Shown: one piece after another, positions 57,816 through 64,000 of the stretch
How positions within the stretch are numbered: the first letter of the stretch is position 1
Layout: every line of letters starts with the position of its first letter
Source of the DNA: Alphaproteobacteria bacterium
Lineage (GTDB): Bacteria > Pseudomonadota > Alphaproteobacteria > SMXQ01
Direction of reading: 5' to 3'
DNA: 64,000 nucleotides
NCBI GenBank assembly: GCA_050485485.1
Contig: JBJHBM010000008.1
Coordinates: 3,829-67,828 of the forward strand
Made by a program: the position numbers and the translations under genes
Notes under the pieces: model-generated
Database searches by the model: none
Told to the model about the DNA's origin: nothing
What the model saw: the letters and a program-made list of their open reading frames with translations, nothing else

Positions 57816-57919
57816 TTTTGGATCCATGTTTCGAATACCGGATTCTTCCATGCTAAGTTAGCGCGCCGCCGCGCCCATCGCTAGAGCGCGTGCACCACAA
57901 AAAACAAAACGGGAAGACC

Positions 57920-58831
57920 ATGTCTCAGATCGTCGGTTGCATCGCCATGTCACACGGCCCTCAGCTGCTCGCACCCCCGGAACGCTGGGACGAGCTGCCG
58001 AGCCGCACGCGCGGACCCTTCAATCCCAAGCCCGGCATCGCGGCCGAGATCACGCCCGAGGCAAAAAAGGCTCATGCCGAGCGGTGCACGGCGGCGATCG
58101 CGCGCCTGCGCGACATACTCGCGGAATGGCGGCCCGACACGGTGGTGATCTTCGGCGACGACCAGGAAGAGAACATCCTGTTCGACAACATGACGCCGTT
58201 TACGATCTACATCGGCGCGGAAGCCGATGCGACCCTCAAGTTCCGCTACTTCGGCGCCAAGGAGACGGACCAGATCACGCGTTATCGCGTCGACGACACG
58301 CTCGCGCGCGAGCTTCTCGACGGCGCGCTCAATGCCGGCTTCGACCCGGCCTGGTCGAAGGAGCTGCGCTACCATGCCGGGCTCGGCCACGCTTTCGGCC
58401 GCGCCCTCGATTTTCTGATGCCCCGGCCGCTGCCTGCGATCGTGCCGATCATGGTCAACACCTATTATCCGCCCGCGCCGAGCGCGCGACGCTGTTTCGC
58501 CTTCGGCCAGGCGATCGGTGCCGCGCTCCGCTCGAGCGCCCGGGGCGGGCGCGTCGTAGTCATCGGCTCGGGCGGCCTCAGCCACACCAAGATCGATGAA
58601 ACCCTGGACCGCGCCTTCATCGACGCGCTCGAGCGCCACGATACGGACTATCTGCAGGCGATGCCGTCCGACGTCCTGGTCGGCGGCACCTCGGAGATCC
58701 GCAACTGGATCGCGGTGGCGGGCGTCGCCGCGGCGCCCGCCCGCATGATCGACTATGTGCCGTGCTACCGGGCCGAGACCGGCGTCGGCTGCGCCATGGG
58801 TTTCGCCGCCTGGGAGCGGGTCGCCGCCTGA
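57920..58831 (+). CDS. Class III extradiol ring-cleavage dioxygenase, LigB family (gallate/protocatechuate-4,5-dioxygenase-like)
   Basis: ATG 57920 (MSQIVGCIAMSHGPQL). LigB-type catalytic core with conserved His/Glu-containing segments (VVIFGDDQEENI, VIGSGGLSHTKI). Confidence 0.8.
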   Translation: MSQIVGCIAMSHGPQLLAPPERWDELPSRTRGPFNPKPGIAAEITPEAKKAHAERCTAAIARLRDILAEWRPDTVVIFGDDQEENILFDNMTPFTIYIGAEADATLKFRYFGAKETDQITRYRVDDTLARELLDGALNAGFDPAWSKELRYHAGLGHAFGRALDFLMPRPLPAIVPIMVNTYYPPAPSARRCFAFGQAIGAALRSSARGGRVVVIGSGGLSHTKIDETLDRAFIDALERHDTDYLQAMPSDVLVGGTSEIRNWIAVAGVAAAPARMIDYVPCYRAETGVGCAMGFAAWERVAA

Positions 58832-58842
58832 CACCGCCGCCG

Positions 58843-59793
58843 CTAGATCGCGAGGCCCAGGAGACGGGCAGCGTTGCCCGACAGGACCGCGGCGCGATCC
58901 GCCGCGCTCAATCCCAGCTCGTCCACCAGGGCAAGCCCCCGCCGCTTGAGCGGCGTCAGCGGCGGCGCGTCGGTGCCGAACACGATGCGCCCCGCGCCGA
59001 TCGTCTCGATCGCGCAGCGCACCGCAGGCGCGTGATAGCTCACCATGTCGAGATGGATCATCTTGAGGTATTCGCTCGGGGGCCGACGGATACGCATGCT
59101 GGCCATGTCCTCGGGGCGCGTGTAGAAGCCGTCGGTCTGGAACGCGTAGTTGTAGTCGAGCCGTCCCACCACCTCGCAAATGCCGCCCCCGAGATGGGTC
59201 GCGACGATCTTCAGGGTGGGAAAATCCTCCAGCACGCCATAAAGGATCAGGCGGGCCAGAGCGAGGCAGCTATCGAACGGCCGCCCGACACTCGACGCCA
59301 GCCGGTATTCGCGCAGACGCTCCTCGCCGAAGCCGACGGCGGGCGGATGCATCATTACCGGGACGTCGAGCCGTGTCACGAGATCAAAGAACGGACGCGC
59401 CTCGGGATCGTCGGGATAACCACCCTGATGGCTGGAGGCAATCATAACCCCCTTGAGCCCGTCTTCCATGATCGCGCGCTCGAGTTCGCGCAGGTAGGCG
59501 TCGCCGCCGCCCGGCACACAGCAAGCGAGTGCAAGGATGCGGCCTTCCGAACGGTCCTGGACTTCGGCGAGATAGCGGTTCGAGAGCGCGATGGCCTCGA
59601 GTCCTTCCTCGCGTGACAAGCGACGCAGGTAATGATGCGGGTCGCTCACCACGCTGACATCGATGCCGGCCTCGTCCTGGGCGGTCCGGACCCGGTCCAC
59701 GGTCATCTGACAACGACCCTTCCAGACCGGCTTCTCGGATTCGCGGGGCGGAATGACGTGGGTATGCCAGTCGATGATCACAGGACACCTCAA
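58843..59793 (-). CDS. Amidohydrolase_2 family metal-dependent hydrolase/decarboxylase (LigJ/LigI/LigW/ACMSD-like)
   Basis: IIDWHTHVIPP (HxH metal site), ...VMMHPP..., ...VATHLGGG..., FGTDAPP (Asp), the canonical TIM-barrel amidohydrolase-2 ligand set. Confidence 0.75.
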   Translation of the reverse strand: MRCPVIIDWHTHVIPPRESEKPVWKGRCQMTVDRVRTAQDEAGIDVSVVSDPHHYLRRLSREEGLEAIALSNRYLAEVQDRSEGRILALACCVPGGGDAYLRELERAIMEDGLKGVMIASSHQGGYPDDPEARPFFDLVTRLDVPVMMHPPAVGFGEERLREYRLASSVGRPFDSCLALARLILYGVLEDFPTLKIVATHLGGGICEVVGRLDYNYAFQTDGFYTRPEDMASMRIRRPPSEYLKMIHLDMVSYHAPAVRCAIETIGAGRIVFGTDAPPLTPLKRRGLALVDELGLSAADRAAVLSGNAARLLGLAI

Positions 59794-59809
59794 GACGCGC
59801 CACGACGGC

Positions 59810-61285
59810 TCAGCGCGTCGACGGGATGGTTCTCAGGAAACGGAGCTGGTCGAGCCACTTCTTGCGGACTCTCTCGGAATATTCGGGCTCGATCAGGTTG
59901 ACCTTGGGAAACTCGTCCTTCCAGTGGAACGGCCTTACCGCGTAGATGATGATGCGGGAATTGGTGATGTCGCCGGATTCGCGCTTGGCGGGGCTCAGCA
60001 TCGGGTCGATGTGGCCGGTCCAGGTGCCGTCGATAATGTCCGACTGGGTCTTGGGATCCCAGCGTGTCGCCATCGCCCACATCACCTCGGCCGTGCTGGT
60101 GATATCGATATCGTCGTCCACCACCATCGTGACCCGATTCATGTAGGAGCCCGCGGCGCAACCGGCCGCGACCATCCCCGCCATCTTGGCATGCCCCGGA
60201 AACTGCTGGCGGATGGCGACGACGTTGATGAAGTGGTTGCCGCCGCCGAACACCTTCCAGACGCCCTTGACCTCGGGAACGCCCGCGGCCTCCAGCGCGT
60301 CCCACATGGCGGCGCAGCTGCCGAAGTTGGTCTGGCGCCCGGGGTAGGTCGGCTTGGCGGGCGGATTGCCGACGACGATGGGGTCGTTGCGGTGATAGAT
60401 TCCCTCCACCCGCAGCACCGGCTCTGGACGGCTCTCGGAGGCGTAGTAGCCAGGCCATTCGCCGAACGGGCCCTCGGGACGGGTCTCGACCTCGGGCGGC
60501 GGCATATAGCCCTCGAACACCAGCTCGGCCGTGGCCGGAATCGGAAGGCCCGTCACCGGGCCTTGCACCAGCTCGATCGGCGCGCCGATGCGCCCGCCCG
60601 CGAGCGCGAAGTCGGAAGCGCCGATCGGTGTCTTGGTACGGCCCATCGCCCCCAGCACCGGCGCCTGCCCGAGGCACAGCACCAACGGACAGCTCTCGCC
60701 CTTTTCCCAATACCTGCGGCGAATGATATCGCCGTGCTTGCCGGGCTCGATGAACACGGTCACCGTCTTCGCATCCTGCACCTGCACGCGATAGGTGCCG
60801 ATGTTGACCCAGTCCGATTCGGGGTCCTTGGCGATGACGATGCATTCGGTGCCGATATAACGTCCGCCGTCACCCTCGTGCCAGAAAGGCGCCGGGAAGG
60901 CGAGCACGTCGATCGCGTCGCCGGTCAGGACGTTCTCGAATACTGGTCCGGTGTTGACGAACTTTGGCGGGATCGTCAGCCTTTCCGCGCGGCGCCCCTT
61001 GCGCAAGGCCTGGACGGATTCGAGTCCGAGGCTCTTCACCATGACGCGCGATGCCCGCACGTTGGTCATGACTCGGAACGAAGGGTCGTAGCCCCTGATG
61101 TTCTCGAACAGCAGCACCGGCGGGAAATCGTGCTTCAGGCTGAGCTCGTAGAGCGCGCCCAGTTCCAAGTAAGGGTCCGCTCCACGCACTGTCTCGAGAA
61201 CATCCATTTCGGCCGCAACCTCGATGAACGCCCTGAGATCCCCCAGCGCCCGCTGGCGGCGTGCCGCGTCGTTATCCGCGTCCAT
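59810..61285 (-). CDS. UbiD-family (prFMN-dependent) reversible aromatic acid decarboxylase
   Basis: 491 aa. PVLLFENIRGY...RYIGTECIVIAKDPESDW-NIGTYR...E-containing prFMN-binding core. Length and motif spacing are typical of UbiD/VdcC/gallate-decarboxylase enzymes. Confidence 0.85.
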   Translation of the reverse strand: MDADNDAARRQRALGDLRAFIEVAAEMDVLETVRGADPYLELGALYELSLKHDFPPVLLFENIRGYDPSFRVMTNVRASRVMVKSLGLESVQALRKGRRAERLTIPPKFVNTGPVFENVLTGDAIDVLAFPAPFWHEGDGGRYIGTECIVIAKDPESDWVNIGTYRVQVQDAKTVTVFIEPGKHGDIIRRRYWEKGESCPLVLCLGQAPVLGAMGRTKTPIGASDFALAGGRIGAPIELVQGPVTGLPIPATAELVFEGYMPPPEVETRPEGPFGEWPGYYASESRPEPVLRVEGIYHRNDPIVVGNPPAKPTYPGRQTNFGSCAAMWDALEAAGVPEVKGVWKVFGGGNHFINVVAIRQQFPGHAKMAGMVAAGCAAGSYMNRVTMVVDDDIDITSTAEVMWAMATRWDPKTQSDIIDGTWTGHIDPMLSPAKRESGDITNSRIIIYAVRPFHWKDEFPKVNLIEPEYSERVRKKWLDQLRFLRTIPSTR

Positions 61286-61307
61286 TCACTGCTCCCAGAT
61301 TCGCGTC

Positions 61308-62330
61308 CTAGCGCAGGCCTATTGCCTTGAGATGTTCGATCACGCTTGCCGGTGTCGCATAGACTTCCACGACCAGCTTCTGCAGTTCCTCGCCCTTGGG
61401 GAAGTCCTTGTCGACGTCGAGACGGCGCTTTTCGGCCTCGCGCAGGAAAGCGGGGTCGGACATCGTCGTCTCGAACGACCGACGCAAAATTACAACCCTG
61501 TCCACTGGCACGCCGGGAGGCGCGACATAGGGCCGGCCCAGATCCTGATAGGACAGGACGAAGCGCAGCGCCTGGCGCTGCTGCTCGGTTTCGGCGAGAT
61601 CGACCAGCAGCGGCACGCCCTGCAGGTCGGGATGCCTGCTCAGGCCGAACTGGGCGAAAACCCGGACCTTGCCGCTGTCGAGCCATTCCTGGTGGCTGGA
61701 CTTGAAGCTGGTGTATGTGATTCCGGCGACACCGTGCACCTCGCCGCGCTCCATCGCCAGCAGCGCCCCGCGGGTTCCCTGGTAGCCTGCTACAACACGG
61801 AACTTGAGACCGAGCAGCCTCTGGGCCGCGTTCGGTACCTGCACGGTGCCGCTGCCGGCGCCGGCAACGATCATCTCGTTGGTCTTGAGCGCCTCCAACG
61901 TCCCGACCGGCGCACCAGCCGATACCACACCCACCAACGTCTCGCGCACCGGGCTGCCGAGCCAGTTGAAGTCGCGCAAGTCGAACTTCGCCCGCTCGGG
62001 GTTGAGAAGCGAGTCGCTCACCAGGCTCGGGTTGATTGCCCCGACCACGGTGCCGTCCTTGGCCGCGATATTGAAGATGTGATTGGCCGCGACCAGGCTG
62101 CCGGCGCCCGGCATGTTCTGCACTACGAAATTCGGATTGCCGGGAATATGCCTCGACCATTCGGGCGCGATAGCGCGCGCGAAGGTATCGTAACCACCGC
62201 CCGGATTGGCGCCAACCACCAGCGTGATGGTCTTCTTCGCATAGAACGGCTCCTGGGCGGCGGCGGAACCTGCGAACACGCATACAACGGCCAGGACGGC
62301 CGCACACGTCAAATTATGAGACACATGCAT
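61308..62330 (-). CDS. TctC/Bug-family periplasmic substrate-binding protein
   Basis: Signal peptide (AAVLAVVCVFAGSAAAQ). VVGANPGGGYDTFARA...VVQNMPGAGSLVAAN. Paralogue of 2860-3891. Confidence 0.7.
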   Translation of the reverse strand: MHVSHNLTCAAVLAVVCVFAGSAAAQEPFYAKKTITLVVGANPGGGYDTFARAIAPEWSRHIPGNPNFVVQNMPGAGSLVAANHIFNIAAKDGTVVGAINPSLVSDSLLNPERAKFDLRDFNWLGSPVRETLVGVVSAGAPVGTLEALKTNEMIVAGAGSGTVQVPNAAQRLLGLKFRVVAGYQGTRGALLAMERGEVHGVAGITYTSFKSSHQEWLDSGKVRVFAQFGLSRHPDLQGVPLLVDLAETEQQRQALRFVLSYQDLGRPYVAPPGVPVDRVVILRRSFETTMSDPAFLREAEKRRLDVDKDFPKGEELQKLVVEVYATPASVIEHLKAIGLR

Positions 62331-62471
62331 GGCAATCTCCCTGTTCGTTCGCTTCGCCGCCCTGTCGAGCCATCGCCCGCAAACGGCATTTCCGTCCCAT
62401 GAAAACGGATTGTCTTATAAGCCGTACGCGCTGCCGTCCTGAGGCGCACGGGCGCCGGGACTAAAATCCGG

Positions 62472-63644
62472 CTAACCGTTGACCATTTCGGTGAAAGGCT
62501 TGGTCGGAATCTTCCATTCGGTGAGCGGGCGTCCCTCCGCCAGCGCCGACACTTCCCGGAGCCACAGTCGACGCAGCAACACGACCTTCACGTCAGTGCT
62601 GCCCATGTGTTCCTTGGTGCGGCCCGCGATCGGCCCCACGCCTACCTGCGTGGCATAGTCCTCGATCGAAAAGCTGGTGTAGGCGCTCATCTCGGGGGGG
62701 AGATTCTCCGGCTTCATCTCGCCGGCGATGATCTTCTCCGCCAAGTCCCAGCGCACCTCGGCCTCGGCCTCCTGCTGCTCATAGCGGCTCTTCTCGTAGG
62801 CCCGCGCCTCCTCGCCTATCAGCGGGGTGTGGGTCACGTCGAACGACACGAACGTGCCGTCGTTGACCGGCAGCGTCCAGGTCATCTTGGTATCGCCCAG
62901 GTTGCGGCCTTCGAATCCCTTGGCGCGCGTCGGTGCCCAGAACTGGCGGGCATTGGGCATGAAGAAGTAGGCGGTGTCGCGGAAATCGACCCGCTCGCCC
63001 TCGACCTCGCGGGTGCTGATGTAGCCGTATGCCGTTTCCTTCACCCGCTCTTTGCGGATCACGAGATAGTCGTTGCGCCCCTTGCGGATCGCGGTCGCGC
63101 GGTGGACCCAGGGCACGTGGCTATGATCGTTGTCGAGCTTGTTCCAGAACGTGCATGGCAGTATCTCGGGAGGATCGGCCACGATCACACCAGGCCTGTC
63201 GAGGTCCGGATAATGCCGGAACGGCGGCGGATCGCCTTCGCCGAGATACGCGAAGATGAGGCCGGCGTATTCGCGCACTGGATAGGTCGAGAGCCTGATC
63301 TTGTGGGCGAAGGAGACATCCTCATTCGGCTGCTCGACGCATTGGCCAGTTTCGTCGAAGCGCCAGCCGTGGTAGCGGCAGCGCAGCGCGTTGCCCTCGA
63401 CCCAGCCCAGCGACAGCGGGCAGGCCCGGTGGGGACAGCGGTAATCGACCATGCGCGGCTGGCCGTCCTCACCGCGGTAGAGGGTGAATTTCTCGCCCAG
63501 AATCTCGACCGGCTTGGCGTCGCCGCGCGGTAGGTCGCGGATGCGGTACACCGGCTGCCAGAACACGCGCAGATAGCGCCCTGCAGGCGTGCCGGGACCG
63601 ATTTTCTCGAGATCGGCGAAGTCCAGCTGATAATTCCCCGCCAC
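62472..63644 (-). CDS. Rieske [2Fe-2S] non-haem-iron aromatic oxygenase, VanA/phthalate-family oxygenase component
   Basis: Rieske motif CPHRACPLSLG...CRYHGWRF. Mononuclear Fe region NDHSHVPWVH...D. 390 aa single-subunit class-IA architecture. No reductase partner found in the window. Confidence 0.8.
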   Translation of the reverse strand: MAGNYQLDFADLEKIGPGTPAGRYLRVFWQPVYRIRDLPRGDAKPVEILGEKFTLYRGEDGQPRMVDYRCPHRACPLSLGWVEGNALRCRYHGWRFDETGQCVEQPNEDVSFAHKIRLSTYPVREYAGLIFAYLGEGDPPPFRHYPDLDRPGVIVADPPEILPCTFWNKLDNDHSHVPWVHRATAIRKGRNDYLVIRKERVKETAYGYISTREVEGERVDFRDTAYFFMPNARQFWAPTRAKGFEGRNLGDTKMTWTLPVNDGTFVSFDVTHTPLIGEEARAYEKSRYEQQEAEAEVRWDLAEKIIAGEMKPENLPPEMSAYTSFSIEDYATQVGVGPIAGRTKEHMGSTDVKVVLLRRLWLREVSALAEGRPLTEWKIPTKPFTEMVNG

Positions 63645-63866
63645 TAGGTCCTCCTTGTCCGTTGGTCCCGATCGGTCGATACCAGGACTCTTTTCAACTC
63701 TATTGGATGTGGCCGGCGCGCGCGACGCGATCCACCATTTTCAGGTGGCCGCCGATCATAGTCATCCATCTATGGACATCTTTCACGATGATCGTTAAAT
63801 GTCAACAATTCACAATCTATCCCGAATGGGTGCGGCAACGACAAACCAAGAAGGGGGCCGAAGACG

Positions 63867-64000
63867 ATGAAGACACTGACAAGCGTCACGATGGCGGCGA
63901 GCGTCGCGCTGATGGCGGCGACGGCTCCAGCGAGCGCGCAAGACGGCCGCGCCGCGTTCTCGGGCAAGGAGGTCGCCCTGCTGATCGGCGCGGGTCCCGG
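63867..64000 (+). CDS. TctC/Bug-family substrate-binding protein (N-terminal fragment, continues past window end)
   Basis: AAGGGGGCCGAAGACG RBS-like region then ATG 63867. MKTLTSVTMAASVALMAATAPASAQ signal peptide, then ...KEVALLIGAGPG matching the start of the GGGYD motif region. Confidence 0.5.
   Translation, partial: MKTLTSVTMAASVALMAATAPASAQDGRAAFSGKEVALLIGAGP

Noticed and set aside
1-64000. Mobile elements, CRISPR arrays, tRNA/rRNA genes, toxin-antitoxin or known anti-phage defence genes
   Set aside because: No transposase- or integrase-like ORFs, no repeat-spacer arrays, no tRNA-like cloverleaf candidates in the few intergenic gaps, and no recognisable defence-system domains were seen. 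The window appears to be chromosomal accessory metabolism rather than a mobile island.

Overview
This is a high-GC (~67%) window that looks like it comes from an alphaproteobacterial-type chromosome. It is densely coded and mostly accessory. I found no rRNA, tRNA, CRISPR array, transposase or integrase. Many long ORFs in the supplied track are antisense or read-through artefacts of the GC content. The track also appears to translate GTG/TTG starts as M.

The window breaks into these blocks:
- **1-2.6 kb:** lipoprotein, OmpR-family response regulator and sensor kinase operon (minus strand). It is divergent from a TctC/Bug-family periplasmic binding protein gene that has a clear promoter and terminator.
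- **4-10 kb:** minus-strand run of an MFS transporter, a CrtI-like FAD oxidoreductase, an aldo-keto reductase and a D-aminoacylase-type amidohydrolase.
- **10-16.4 kb:** ECF sigma/anti-sigma pair 1, a PRC-barrel protein, ppsA, and a proline-rich peptidoglycan-binding membrane protein.
- **16.8-39.2 kb:** a large Wzx/Wzy-dependent exopolysaccharide locus.
  - Plus arm: atypical response regulator, manC, wza, wzc, glycosyltransferases, priming phosphotransferase, wzy, and a Tat-secreted beta-helix glycanase.
  - Convergent minus arm: gmd, fcl, wzx, pyruvyl transferase and two glycosyltransferases.
  - The gene content resembles colanic acid (fucose plus pyruvate).
- **39.4-43.8 kb:** DUF4340-like and DUF4168-like proteins, ECF sigma/anti-sigma pair 2, and a SAF/NAD-binding oxidoreductase.
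- **43.8-48.8 kb:** a CDP-hexose deoxy-sugar operon (GT2, rfbF-like, SDR epimerase/dehydratase, zinc-ribbon C-methyltransferase, RmlC-like epimerase).
- **48.8-52.2 kb:** glgB and a short MetE-like zinc methyltransferase.
- **52.3-64 kb:** an aromatic-acid catabolic island (features 52344-64000).
  - Components: Rieske VanA-like oxygenase, two TctC binding proteins, UbiD decarboxylase, amidohydrolase_2, LigB-type dioxygenase, RidA, three tandem RraA/LigK-like aldolase paralogues, a PEP-mutase/ICL-family enzyme with a polybasic tail, a lone hydantoinase-B subunit, and an unannotated 24-codon hydrophobic micro-ORF.

The most unusual pieces:
- the colanic-acid-like EPS locus with its embedded secreted beta-helix enzyme and a degenerate orphan response regulator at its head;
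- the C-methyl sugar operon;
- the aromatic island with triplicated RraA genes, an orphan HyuB and a basic-tailed PEP mutase.
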